A DNA stretch of 64,000 nucleotides from Clostridia bacterium (GCA_900769545.1 CAAGGZ010000098.1:3941-67940), one strand, 5' to 3'; shown: positions 9,033 to 18,001, counted from the stretch's first letter. The notes: generated by a model not told the origin, from the letters alone. Numbers and translations are program-made.

Positions 9033-9560
9033 ATGAAGAAGAAAATTACGGCGTACGAAATTGCATTGTCGGCGCTCGCTTGCGCTATGGCAACGGTGCT
9101 ATTGACGATAGGGATTTACTCGGAATTGTTGCTCTTTACGGGCTATTTATTCGGAGCAATCGCGTTGATGTTACCGCTCGCTAAGCAGAGCTATCGAGGC
9201 TATGCGTTGGCGTACGTGGGGACGAGCTTGCTTTCGTTGCTGTTGAATCCCGCAAGGATTTTTGATTTATTGCCGTTTGTATGCTTTTTCGGCTTGCATC
9301 CGTTGATTAACGAATTGCAATTAAAAAGCAAAATCAATAGATGGGTGGCTTGCGCGCTCAAGGCGTTGTGGTTTGATATAACGATGTATCTCGTTTGGTT
9401 TTTCCTCTTTGACGCTGCGTTGGATATTCCCATTGACCCAAAATATATTTTACCGATTGTTCTGGTTTTGGGTTCGGCATTTTTCGTGTTTTATGATTAT
9501 GCCATGTATAAATGGCGGTACGCCGTCAATGTGTTGGTAAAGCGAATTAAGAAGAAATGA
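9033..9560 (+). CDS. Integral membrane protein, unknown function
   Basis: 175 aa with about 5 hydrophobic segments. It starts 6 nt after the preceding stop. Confidence 0.55.
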   Translation: MKKKITAYEIALSALACAMATVLLTIGIYSELLLFTGYLFGAIALMLPLAKQSYRGYALAYVGTSLLSLLLNPARIFDLLPFVCFFGLHPLINELQLKSKINRWVACALKALWFDITMYLVWFFLFDAALDIPIDPKYILPIVLVLGSAFFVFYDYAMYKWRYAVNVLVKRIKKK

Positions 9561-9622
9561 ACGGGGCAGGGTTGCGTTGAGCGACAATTTTCCCCATAAT
9601 ACGATAGGAGGGACAAGAGTTT

Positions 9623-11050
9623 ATGATAGAAAAAAACAATATCATTTGCGCGGTAACAGACGCCATCGGCTCGAACGGCGAAGGTATTATTCGCCATGAA
9701 GGAATCACGTTCTTTGTCCCTGCTTGCTTGCCGGGCGAGAAGGTTCGCTTTAAGGTATTGAAGATAAAGGACAATATCGGCTACGGCAAGGTTGAGGAGA
9801 TTTTAACACCTGCGGAGGAGCGTGTGCGTGAAAAATGCCCTGTCTTTTCCCGTTGCGGTGGGTGTTGTTTGCAGCATCTTGACTATACGGCGCAGCTCGC
9901 GCATAAGGCGTACATTGTAAAAGAAGCTCTGCGGAAGATTGCAGGAATTCATAAGGAAATTCCCTTTGCGATTAAGAGCGATACGCCCTACGGCTACCGT
10001 AATAAATTACAGATTCCCGTAGGCGTTGATAAAGAGGGTAAAAACGTCATCGGATTTTATGCGGAGCACAGTCATCGTATTGTGCCTGTAACGGCGTGCG
10101 CTATCCACCCTGAATGGGCGGAAAGGCTGATTGTCATTGTCAAACGGTATATGACGGAATGCGCTGTACGCGGTTATGATGAAACGACGAAAAAGGGCGC
10201 TCTGCGCCATATCGTGGCGAGAGAAATCGGCGGTAAATACATTATTACGTTGGTTACGGCGAAGAAGGAGCTCCCCAACTTGCCCTATCTTATCGGGTTA
10301 TTGTCGGAGTCGTTTAGATGCTTTTCCTTGTATCTTAATTTCAATGACGCAGATACCAATGTGATCTTTGGAAAAGAGTTTCAACTCGTACATGGTGCAG
10401 GCATTTTTGAGGGAGAGGAGCAGGGTATCCGCTATGAAGCAGGGCCTGTCACTTTCTTACAGGTCAATGAAAACGTGCGTACAAAGCTGTATAAAGACGC
10501 ATTAAAAACCGTTTGCGCAGACGGCGACGAAGTGGTTGTGGACGCATACTCGGGCGGCGGCTTGCTTACGGCGATGATTGCGAAAAAGGCAAAGAGAGTG
10601 TACGGGATAGAGCTGGAAGAAGAGGCTTCCCGTTGCGCGGACTCCTTGAAAGAGAAAAACGGCTTGGAAAATATGACGAATATCTGTGGGTACGTGGAAG
10701 AAAAACTGCCTGCGGTGTTAGAAAAGGAAAAGGGCGAAAAGTTGCGCCTGATTCTCGATCCGCCTCGCGCAGGAATTGCGAGAAGCGTGTTAAAAGCGCT
10801 GCTTGAAAGCGGTATTCCGCAGTTGACGTTGATTAGTTGTAATCCTGCGACGCTCGCAAGAGATTTGGGGATTTTGACGGGCAGATTGATAGAAGTTGAG
10901 GGCGAGTTGGTGAAAAACCCTGCGTATGCGGAGCTTAACGACGGGGAAACGCTCGACGGATATTATGAAATTGAGCGCATTCAGCCGTATGATATGTTCC
11001 CCCAGACCAAACACGTGGAGACGCTCGTTTGCCTTGCTCGCAAGGCATAA
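9623..11050 (+). CDS. rlmD: 23S rRNA (uracil-C5)-methyltransferase, RumA/RlmD family
   Basis: TRAM-like N-terminus, Cys cluster CPVFSRCGGCCLQH, SAM-MTase motif DAYSGGG, and C-terminal DMFPQTKHVE typical of the family. Confidence 0.85.
   Translation: MIEKNNIICAVTDAIGSNGEGIIRHEGITFFVPACLPGEKVRFKVLKIKDNIGYGKVEEILTPAEERVREKCPVFSRCGGCCLQHLDYTAQLAHKAYIVKEALRKIAGIHKEIPFAIKSDTPYGYRNKLQIPVGVDKEGKNVIGFYAEHSHRIVPVTACAIHPEWAERLIVIVKRYMTECAVRGYDETTKKGALRHIVAREIGGKYIITLVTAKKELPNLPYLIGLLSESFRCFSLYLNFNDADTNVIFGKEFQLVHGAGIFEGEEQGIRYEAGPVTFLQVNENVRTKLYKDALKTVCADGDEVVVDAYSGGGLLTAMIAKKAKRVYGIELEEEASRCADSLKEKNGLENMTNICGYVEEKLPAVLEKEKGEKLRLILDPPRAGIARSVLKALLESGIPQLTLISCNPATLARDLGILTGRLIEVEGELVKNPAYAELNDGETLDGYYEIERIQPYDMFPQTKHVETLVCLARKA
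10992..11022 (+). repeat. 31-bp direct repeat, copy 1 (inside the rlmD 3' end)
   Basis: ATATGTTCCCCCAGACCAAACACGTGGAGAC, identical to 11200-11230. Confidence 0.9.
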
Positions 11051-11063
11051 GAAAAAAGGAAAA

Positions 11064-11110
11064 CGACCTGTGTCGTGCTTGCACGAATACAGGTCGAATT
11101 TACTTTTTTA
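11064..11110 (+). terminator. Intrinsic terminator after rlmD
   Basis: CGACCTGT ... ACAGGTCG followed by a TTTACTTTTTT tail. Confidence 0.6.
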
Positions 11111-11199
11111 AGCGTTGTGAAACAGCGGAAACGAGGGCTTGCGTGTGTTTGAGTCCGCCGTCGGCGCGAGACGGACATACATTCTCCTTTTAAGGGAAT

Positions 11200-11230
11200 A
11201 TATGTTCCCCCAGACCAAACACGTGGAGAC
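11200..11230 (+). repeat. 31-bp direct repeat, copy 2
   Basis: Perfect copy of 10992-11022, 208 bp downstream. Confidence 0.9.
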
Positions 11231-11258
11231 ATTGGTTCAATTATCCCACAAAACATAA
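11202..11258 (+). pseudogene. Orphan duplicate of the last ~18 codons of a RumA-family methyltransferase
   Basis: Encodes MFPQTKHVETLVQLSHKT*. It contains a 31-bp perfect repeat of 10992-11022. There is no homology to RumA upstream of it. Confidence 0.6.
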
Positions 11259-11321
11259 ATAAAAACAAACGGGTGTTTTGAGAAAAAACGCTCGTTTTTT
11301 TCATTTAATTTGTTCAAGGCA

Positions 11322-11350
11322 TTGTGTTTTGTTCGGAAATATGTTATAAT
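11322..11350 (+). promoter_or_regulatory. Sigma-70-type promoter candidate
   Basis: TTGTGT, 17 nt, TATAAT preceded by TGT. Confidence 0.5.
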
Positions 11351-11383
11351 GAGAGTATCTTAAAGGCTTTTTAAGGAGCGAAA

Positions 11384-12325
11384 ATGACGCATTTAGACTA
11401 TTTAAACGCAAATTACCCGATGCGACGGACAAAGGAACAGAAAGAAGGGTTTCAAAAACACGTTATCGAGTCGTTACAAGCCAAGGGAGTAACGGCAAAA
11501 ATCGAAAAGACGAGGGACGGTAAAAACCAGAATATCGTCGTGGGGGACCCTTTAACGGCAAAAGCCGTATTCACGGCGCATTACGATACGCCGGGACGGG
11601 CGTTGTTCCCCAATATTATGATTCCCAGAAATCAAGCGTTGTTTTGGACGTATCAATTTGTACCCATTCTCGCCTTACTTGCAATGATGTTTGTTGTGGG
11701 CTTAATCGTTTGTGTTGCATGGATTCTGATAACCGGCGATTTTGACGAGCGAGTGACGTTTATTGCGATGCTTTTGGGGTATTATGTCGGCTTTTATTTG
11801 ATGTTTTTTGCGTTCTCGAATAAAAACAACTACAACGACAACACGTCGGGTGTGGCAACTCTGCTCTCCATTATCGATAAACTGAGCGAGGAACAGCTCC
11901 GTGAGACTGCCTTTATTTTCTTCGATAACGAGGAGAAGGGCAAAAAGGGTTCTAAGGGATATTTTAACGACCATAAAGAGGAAATGAAAGACAAGCTTGT
12001 TATCAATTTCGACTGCGTGGGGAATGGGAAAAATATCGTGTTTATTGCAAAGCCCGAGGCGGAAAAGTTGGCGTCGTATAGCGCGCTTCGTCAGAGCTTT
12101 GGCAGCGAAAACGGCTTCGAGACGGCGTTTTATCCCAAGAAAGGCTCGCAATCCAACTCCGATTATTTGAATTTCCCCTGCGGCGTGGGGTGTATGGCTT
12201 GTAAAAAGAGCAAGAAAGGGTTGTTGTATACGCCGTATATTCATACGAAAAAGGACATCGTGGTGGATAATGCCAATATTGAGTTCCTTGTAAATGGCGT
12301 AACGAAGTTCTTGGAGGCTTGCTAA
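11384..12325 (+). CDS. M28-family metallopeptidase with internal hydrophobic insertion
   Basis: Motifs AHYDT, NDNTSGVA, FFDNEEKGKKGS and NFDCVG. About 70 hydrophobic residues lie between the first two motifs. Confidence 0.7.
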   Translation: MTHLDYLNANYPMRRTKEQKEGFQKHVIESLQAKGVTAKIEKTRDGKNQNIVVGDPLTAKAVFTAHYDTPGRALFPNIMIPRNQALFWTYQFVPILALLAMMFVVGLIVCVAWILITGDFDERVTFIAMLLGYYVGFYLMFFAFSNKNNYNDNTSGVATLLSIIDKLSEEQLRETAFIFFDNEEKGKKGSKGYFNDHKEEMKDKLVINFDCVGNGKNIVFIAKPEAEKLASYSALRQSFGSENGFETAFYPKKGSQSNSDYLNFPCGVGCMACKKSKKGLLYTPYIHTKKDIVVDNANIEFLVNGVTKFLEAC

Positions 12326-12326
12326 A

Positions 12327-12563
12327 ATGCGAAAAAAATTGTTTAAATTATCGTGGATAACACTTGTTATTGGGCTTGGTTTGTTGGCGATTACGTACTT
12401 CTTTTTTCATTTTGTAACAGATGAGGGGATTACGTTGGTGTGGCATCCCGAAGCAGGGAAACCGTTTGTTACCGATTTGCTTGGTATGTTTTCCGTGCTG
12501 TTTTTATTCAGTAGCGCAATGAGCGCGTTGATTGCGTGGATTTTTACGGAAAAGAGCGAATAA
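12327..12563 (+). CDS. Small membrane protein
   Basis: 78 aa with two hydrophobic segments. It starts 1 nt after the preceding stop. Confidence 0.45.
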   Translation: MRKKLFKLSWITLVIGLGLLAITYFFFHFVTDEGITLVWHPEAGKPFVTDLLGMFSVLFLFSSAMSALIAWIFTEKSE

Positions 12564-12587
12564 GATTCAAAAAAAGAGGTGGATTTT

Positions 12588-13535
12588 ATGAAAAGAATAT
12601 TAAAATTTTTAGGAAAATTGGTATTGATTGTCGTAGGATGCGTAGCGGGGCTCGCGGTGTTGACGCTCGGCACATTGAACGGAGCAAAGTACCTTCTTTA
12701 CAAGGATTATTATGCTATTGAGACGAACGTATGTAAAAACCCCGGGCTTTCGGACGGGTTTGTTTGTCAAGGTATTGCGGCTTCGGAAGAAAACGGCGTG
12801 TTCTTGATTTCGGGATATATGAAAGACGATTCGGCATCCCGAATTTACGTGACGAATGAGCAAAACGAAGATTACTACGTACAGCTTGCGAAAAACGGAG
12901 CGGCATTTACGGGCCACGTGGGCGGTATTGCGACGACGGGCGAAAACGTGTACATTGCCAACGGTAATAAAATTTATACCGTTTTGCTTAGTGATATTCT
13001 TTCTGCGAAAGAGGGGGATTTCGTGGAGGTTGGCGAAGGTATAGACGTCAACAACGAAGCTTCTTTTGTTTATACGAACGATGAATATTTATACGTTGGA
13101 GAATTTCATGACGGTGGAAAATATACCGTGAAAGGTCATGAAAACTTGACGGCAGAAGGCGTGCATTTTGCAATCTGCACCAAGTATGCGCTCAGCGATT
13201 TAAGCACTCCCGTAGCGGTGTACAGTATTCGCAACAAAGTGCAGGGGATTTGTTTTACCCCCGACGGAAAAGTGGTTATGTCCACGTCCTACGGCTTGAC
13301 GGATACCGTTTATTACGTGTATAACGAGGGCGAGGCAACAAATTCGGGCAAGACCTTTGACGGAGCTCCCTTGTACTATTTGGATAAGCTGGAAAAAGAA
13401 GTGCACGGGCCTGCGATGGGCGAGGATTTGGATTATTACAACGGTAAAATCATTACGATGACGGAGAGTGCGTCCGATAAGTATATCTTCGGAAAATTCT
13501 TCTTTGCAAATCAAATCGTTGCATTGGACTTTTAA
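12588..13535 (+). CDS. Membrane-anchored hypothetical protein
   Basis: ATG after gaggtgg. N-terminal TM/signal anchor (LVLIVVGCVAGLAVL). No family recognised. Confidence 0.5.
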   Translation: MKRILKFLGKLVLIVVGCVAGLAVLTLGTLNGAKYLLYKDYYAIETNVCKNPGLSDGFVCQGIAASEENGVFLISGYMKDDSASRIYVTNEQNEDYYVQLAKNGAAFTGHVGGIATTGENVYIANGNKIYTVLLSDILSAKEGDFVEVGEGIDVNNEASFVYTNDEYLYVGEFHDGGKYTVKGHENLTAEGVHFAICTKYALSDLSTPVAVYSIRNKVQGICFTPDGKVVMSTSYGLTDTVYYVYNEGEATNSGKTFDGAPLYYLDKLEKEVHGPAMGEDLDYYNGKIITMTESASDKYIFGKFFFANQIVALDF

Positions 13536-13569
13536 GGTTTTGTAGTACGTTCCATCGAGGGGTGGCTTT

Positions 13570-14604
13570 ATGAAAAACGATTTTGGCTACAAGGCGGGGA
13601 AAGCCGTTACGGCGTTGTATTTAGAAGATTATTACGTGTGGGATTGCTCCGTTATCAAGGTGGACGGAAAATATCACATGTTCTCTTCCCGTTGGAAAAA
13701 GGAATACGGATTCGGTTGGAATTGGCTGTTCAACAGCGAGATTATTCACTCTGTTGCGGATAAGCCCGAAGGGCCGTACCGTTTTCAGAACGTGGCGCTC
13801 CCTCGCCGCGGCAGGGAATATTTCGACGGTATGAATACGCACAATACCTGCATCAAGCAGTATAACGGTAAATTTTATCTGTATTATATGGGTACGACGT
13901 ACGGCGGCGATATTCCGACAAAGGTGGAGGACGTTTCGCCTGAATATAGCTTGGAAACGTGGAATCGAAAGCGTATTGGTTTGGCGGTGGCGGACGACAT
14001 CAACGGGGAGTTTATTCGCCGTGATACGCCGCTTTTAGAGCCGCGCGGTTGCGAGCATTGGGATTGCACTTGTACGACCAATCCGTCCGTGGCAATCCTG
14101 CCAAATGGCAAAACGTATATGATTTATAAATCCCGTAGCGCAGCAGGGAAGCCCTTAAAATTGGGGATTGCCGTTGCGGATAAGCCCGACGGGGAGTTTC
14201 AACGGCTTTCCGATAATCCGATTTTGGATTTCAAAGACGATGATAAGCATATTGAGGACCCGTTCCTTTGGTATGACGAAAAGAAAAAGAAATTCTGCTT
14301 AATCACCAAGGACGACGTGAAAAACGGCTCGTTTGGCGTGACGGGGGAATGGGGCGCAGGTTTCTATGCCGAGAGCGACGATTGTATGGATTTTGAAATC
14401 GGAGCCGACCCGAAAGTGTATTCCCGCCGTGTGACTTGGGCAGACGGCAGAGAAACGGTGCAGGGCAATCTGGAGCGGCCTTCCCTTCTCTTTGATGAGA
14501 ACGGTACGCCTACCCATATTTTCTGCGCAAGTGGGTTTGCTTCTGTTCCGTATAACTTTGAAGGAAACACGTTTATCGTGTGTATGGGGTTGGAGAAAAA
14601 GTAA
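13570..14604 (+). CDS. Glycoside hydrolase-like beta-propeller protein (GH43-clan-like)
   Basis: 344 aa. VWDCSVIKVDGKYHMF and ADKPEGPY are typical of five-bladed propeller GHs. The exact family is not determinable by eye. Confidence 0.5.
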   Translation: MKNDFGYKAGKAVTALYLEDYYVWDCSVIKVDGKYHMFSSRWKKEYGFGWNWLFNSEIIHSVADKPEGPYRFQNVALPRRGREYFDGMNTHNTCIKQYNGKFYLYYMGTTYGGDIPTKVEDVSPEYSLETWNRKRIGLAVADDINGEFIRRDTPLLEPRGCEHWDCTCTTNPSVAILPNGKTYMIYKSRSAAGKPLKLGIAVADKPDGEFQRLSDNPILDFKDDDKHIEDPFLWYDEKKKKFCLITKDDVKNGSFGVTGEWGAGFYAESDDCMDFEIGADPKVYSRRVTWADGRETVQGNLERPSLLFDENGTPTHIFCASGFASVPYNFEGNTFIVCMGLEKK

Positions 14605-14670
14605 AAACGACAGGGCAGGTATGCGATGAAACGCTAAAACCGTCCTATTTTGAAAAAAGTTAGGTAAATT

Positions 14671-15741
14671 ATGCGAAAAAAGTATGATAACGACAAAAAA
14701 CGACAGGGGCAGGTACGAGGCGAACGTTCTTTTTCCGCGCAAAAGAAAGGGATGAAAACGGCAGGAAAGTCCGTGAAACCCGTCCGCGAGGAGCGCGTCA
14801 ACGGCGTGTCTGTCTATACGGCGACTTATAAAGTTAATCGAAGTGACGAATTGTTGGAGTTTTTGCTCAAAAAGTGCAATACTTCCAGAAACAACGTAAA
14901 ATCTTTGTTGGTGAGAAAGCAAGTGCTCGTCAACGGTAGGGTGGTGACGCAGTATAATTACGTACTCGCCAAAGACGATGAGGTGAAGCTCTCTCGTAAG
15001 CCTGTCAAGGACGGGGCGGTGGCAACGCAACCGACTGCGCGGCGGAATGTGAAAACAGCGCAGCCTACCTTTACCTTGCGAGATTTGAAAATTATTTACG
15101 AGGACGAGGATTTTATAGCGATTGACAAGCCCGTAGGGCTGCTTTCCGTGGAGAGCGATAAGGAAACGGCGTGCGCTTACGGTTTGGTGGCAGAGTATAT
15201 GCAGCGCGCGGATAAAAACGCGAGACCGTTTATTTTGCACCGTATCGACAAGGAAACCTCGGGCGTTTTGGTATTTGCGAAAAACGTGAAGATACATTCT
15301 ATGTTGAAAATGCACTGGGCGGAGCAAGTTCAGCTTCGAGAATATTACGCCGTGGTAGAGGGAGCTCCCGAAGAAAAATCGGCTACTTTGACGACGTATT
15401 TAAAGGAAAACGTCAACAATATCGTGTATTCGACTAAAGACCCTACGGGCCAGAAAGCGATTACGCATTATGAGGTTTTGAAATCGAACGAGCAGTATGC
15501 GCTTATGAAAGTAAAAATCGATACGGGCAGAAAGAATCAGATTCGTGTGCATATGCAAGGTTTGGGTTGTCCGATTGTCGGCGATGATAAATACGGCAAA
15601 AAACAGGACGGAACGCAGGTGCGTAATCCGCTTGGGCGGCTTGGGTTGCACGCTTCAAGGTTGGAGTTTGTTCATCCTGTCAAAAAGGAAGTTATCAGCA
15701 TAGCGGCAACAGTGCCTGCGGCGTTTAGGGGCTTATTTTAA
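14671..15741 (+). CDS. RluA-family pseudouridine synthase with S4 domain and basic N-terminal extension
   Basis: HRIDKETSGVLVFAK catalytic motif and KNQIRVH. The true start may be further downstream. Confidence 0.8.
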   Translation: MRKKYDNDKKRQGQVRGERSFSAQKKGMKTAGKSVKPVREERVNGVSVYTATYKVNRSDELLEFLLKKCNTSRNNVKSLLVRKQVLVNGRVVTQYNYVLAKDDEVKLSRKPVKDGAVATQPTARRNVKTAQPTFTLRDLKIIYEDEDFIAIDKPVGLLSVESDKETACAYGLVAEYMQRADKNARPFILHRIDKETSGVLVFAKNVKIHSMLKMHWAEQVQLREYYAVVEGAPEEKSATLTTYLKENVNNIVYSTKDPTGQKAITHYEVLKSNEQYALMKVKIDTGRKNQIRVHMQGLGCPIVGDDKYGKKQDGTQVRNPLGRLGLHASRLEFVHPVKKEVISIAATVPAAFRGLF

Positions 15742-15750
15742 GGAGTAGTT

Positions 15751-16209
15751 ATGAAAAAGATTGCAAGTTTTACAGTGAATCACGATACGTTGGAAAAGGG
15801 AATGTACATTTCTCGTATAGACGGCGACGTGGTGACGTATGATATACGTATGAAAAAGCCTAACGGCGGCGATTATTTTTCCATGAGCGCGGCGCACACG
15901 GTGGAGCATTTGTTTGCAACCTATGCGCGAAACAGTAAATTCGGGGAAAATATCGTTTATGTAGGCCCTATGGGCTGTCGAACAGGCTTTTATCTGTTGA
16001 CGAGGGATTGTATTTCTCATAAAGACGCGATTACGCTCGTTAAAGAAAGTATGGCTTTTATTAGAGATTTTGAAGGGGAAATTCCCGGTAATAAAAAAGA
16101 AGAGTGCGGTAATTATCTCGATCATGACCTTGTGGGGGCAAAAGCGCTCGGCGCAGAGATGTGCTCGGTGTTAGAAACTTGGCAGGAAGCCGATCTGCAA
16201 TATAAATAA
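15751..16209 (+). CDS. luxS: S-ribosylhomocysteine lyase
   Basis: HTVEHL and GPMGCRTGFY metal-binding motifs. 152 aa. Confidence 0.9.
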   Translation: MKKIASFTVNHDTLEKGMYISRIDGDVVTYDIRMKKPNGGDYFSMSAAHTVEHLFATYARNSKFGENIVYVGPMGCRTGFYLLTRDCISHKDAITLVKESMAFIRDFEGEIPGNKKEECGNYLDHDLVGAKALGAEMCSVLETWQEADLQYK

Positions 16210-16219
16210 GAGGTGAAAA

Positions 16220-16738
16220 ATGGAAGCGTTAGAGGCGATTTTAACAAGAAAAAGCATAAAGAGTTACAAACCCGATATGGTGGACAAAGAAACGATTGAT
16301 AAAATCATTGCGGCAGGCTTGAACGCGCCTTCGGGGTTGAATAAACAAGCCGCAATTATTCTTGCGGTTACGAATAAAGAAGTGCGTGACGAATTGTCTA
16401 AGATCAATATGGGCAAAGACCCGTTCCACCGCGCTGATCCTTTTTACGGAGCGCCTGTGGTTTTGGTGGTATTGGCGGATAAAAGCGTTCCTACCTACGT
16501 TTACGACGGTTCTTTGGTGATGGAAAACTTAATGCTTGCTGCGCATGCGTTGGGGCTTGGAGCTTGTTGGATTCATAGAGCAAAGGAAACGTTTGAACTC
16601 CCCCAAGGAAAAGAGTTGCTTAAAAAGTTGGGTATTGAAGGGGAATATGAAGGGATTGGAAACTGTATTATTGGATATCCCGAAGTGGAACCCGAGAAAA
16701 AACCGAGAAAAGAAAATAGAGTTTATTACGTAGAATAA
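16220..16738 (+). CDS. Nitroreductase family protein
   Basis: 172 aa. RKSIKSY N-terminal motif and overall nitroreductase-like pattern. Confidence 0.75.
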   Translation: MEALEAILTRKSIKSYKPDMVDKETIDKIIAAGLNAPSGLNKQAAIILAVTNKEVRDELSKINMGKDPFHRADPFYGAPVVLVVLADKSVPTYVYDGSLVMENLMLAAHALGLGACWIHRAKETFELPQGKELLKKLGIEGEYEGIGNCIIGYPEVEPEKKPRKENRVYYVE

Positions 16739-16750
16739 TTTTTTAACCTA

Positions 16751-16779
16751 TTGACAGGTTTGCCAAAAAGTGGTATAAT
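16751..16779 (+). promoter_or_regulatory. Sigma-70-type promoter (extended -10)
   Basis: TTGACA, 17 nt, TATAAT preceded by TGG. Confidence 0.65.
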
Positions 16780-16824
16780 GGGCTCAACGAAAAAAATACA
16801 GGCGTTGCCTGATAGGAGAAAGAT

Positions 16825-17016
16825 ATGGAAAATAAAATTATTTGTAATTGTATGCAGGTATCTGTGGCAGACATTGAAAAAGCTTTGCACGAAGGCGAAC
16901 ATTTTGCTGAGGTTGAAAAATCCTTTGAAAAGGTACAGATGATCACGCACTGTTCGACGGGTTGTGGCGGTTGTCACGATAAAGTTTTGGACGTTATTTC
17001 CGAATTGATGAACTAA
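16825..17016 (+). CDS. BFD-like (2Fe-2S)-binding domain protein
   Basis: 63 aa. ICNCMQV...CSTGCGGC cysteine pattern. Confidence 0.7.
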   Translation: MENKIICNCMQVSVADIEKALHEGEHFAEVEKSFEKVQMITHCSTGCGGCHDKVLDVISELMN

Positions 17017-17071
17017 ACGAATGAGGAAGACCGAGGCGGTTCCCCGCTTGGGTTTTCTTTTTAGGTAGAGT

Positions 17072-17872
17072 ATGCGTGTGGGAGTTTCGACAGCTTCGCT
17101 GTTTATGCGAAAAAATAACGAGGACGCTTTGCCGTTGTTAAATGACTTGGGGGTAAAAACCGCCGAGGTGTTTTTGACATCCTTTTCCGAGTATGGTTCT
17201 CCGTTTGCGCAGCTCCTAAAAGAACGCAAAGGGAACTTGCAAATCAATTCCGTGCATATATTAAATACGGAATTTGAGCCGCAGTTATTCAACGCGCATC
17301 CACGTGTGAAAGCAGACGCATATGCGTGGTTGGAGAAAGTGTTGCAGAGCGCAAACGCACTCGAAGCGCCCTATTACACTTTCCATGGTACGGCGAGGGT
17401 AAAACGTGCGGCGCGCTCGGGTGAAAATGATGATTTTCCCTCCATGATACAGGGTTTTTCGGAGTTGGAGCAAGTTTGTCGCAATAGTGGCGTTACGCTG
17501 TGCTTGGAAAACGTGGAGTGGTCTACTTATAACCGTCCCGGCGTATTTAAAAAATTGGCGGCGGAAATAGACGGACTTCGCGGTGTTTTAGATGTTAAAC
17601 AAGCCCGAATCTCGGAATATCCCTACGAGGATTATTTAAACGAGATGGGGGAGAGGATTGCTTACGTCCACGTTTCTGATATAAATGAAAATGGGAAGCT
17701 CTGTTTGCCCGGGAAAGGTGTATTCGATTTCGGAACGCTTATCAAACGCTTAAAAGACGTGGGTTTTGACGGTGCGCTTTTAATAGAAGTTTATACAAAA
17801 GATTATAATAAAGAACAAGAATTGCGAGATTCTTGCGATTATTTGGAAGAATTGTTATATAAATACCAATAA
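17072..17872 (+). CDS. Sugar phosphate isomerase/epimerase (xylose isomerase-like TIM barrel)
   Basis: 266 aa. LENVEW and HVSD motifs typical of the AP_endonuc_2 fold. The start is uncertain. Confidence 0.65.
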   Translation: MRVGVSTASLFMRKNNEDALPLLNDLGVKTAEVFLTSFSEYGSPFAQLLKERKGNLQINSVHILNTEFEPQLFNAHPRVKADAYAWLEKVLQSANALEAPYYTFHGTARVKRAARSGENDDFPSMIQGFSELEQVCRNSGVTLCLENVEWSTYNRPGVFKKLAAEIDGLRGVLDVKQARISEYPYEDYLNEMGERIAYVHVSDINENGKLCLPGKGVFDFGTLIKRLKDVGFDGALLIEVYTKDYNKEQELRDSCDYLEELLYKYQ

Positions 17873-17907
17873 ATAAAGAATTTTTTGCATTTTTTTCGTA
17901 AAAACTG

Positions 17908-17936
17908 TTGACAAGAGATAAATTATATGATATATT
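17908..17936 (+). promoter_or_regulatory. Sigma-70-type promoter of the superoxide reductase operon
   Basis: TTGACA, 17 nt, TATATT preceded by TGA. Confidence 0.6.
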
Positions 17937-17940
17937 TAAG

Positions 17941-17977
17941 TAGGATTTAATCCTAATTATATACAAGATTTAATCTT
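17941..17977 (+). promoter_or_regulatory. Twin palindromic operator candidates
   Basis: TAGGATTTAATCCTA (17941-17955, perfect 7-1-7) and AAGATTTAATCTT (17965-17977), with centres 23 bp apart. They lie between the -10 and the RBS. Confidence 0.5.
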
Positions 17978-18001
17978 AATAAGAAATTTAGAGGTGTTAA
18001 A

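Noticed and set aside
14299-15327. 342-aa ORF antisense to the pseudouridine synthase gene
   Set aside because: It is a shadow ORF opposite a well-supported gene. Its composition is Arg/His/Phe-rich, and it has no motifs, RBS or promoter.
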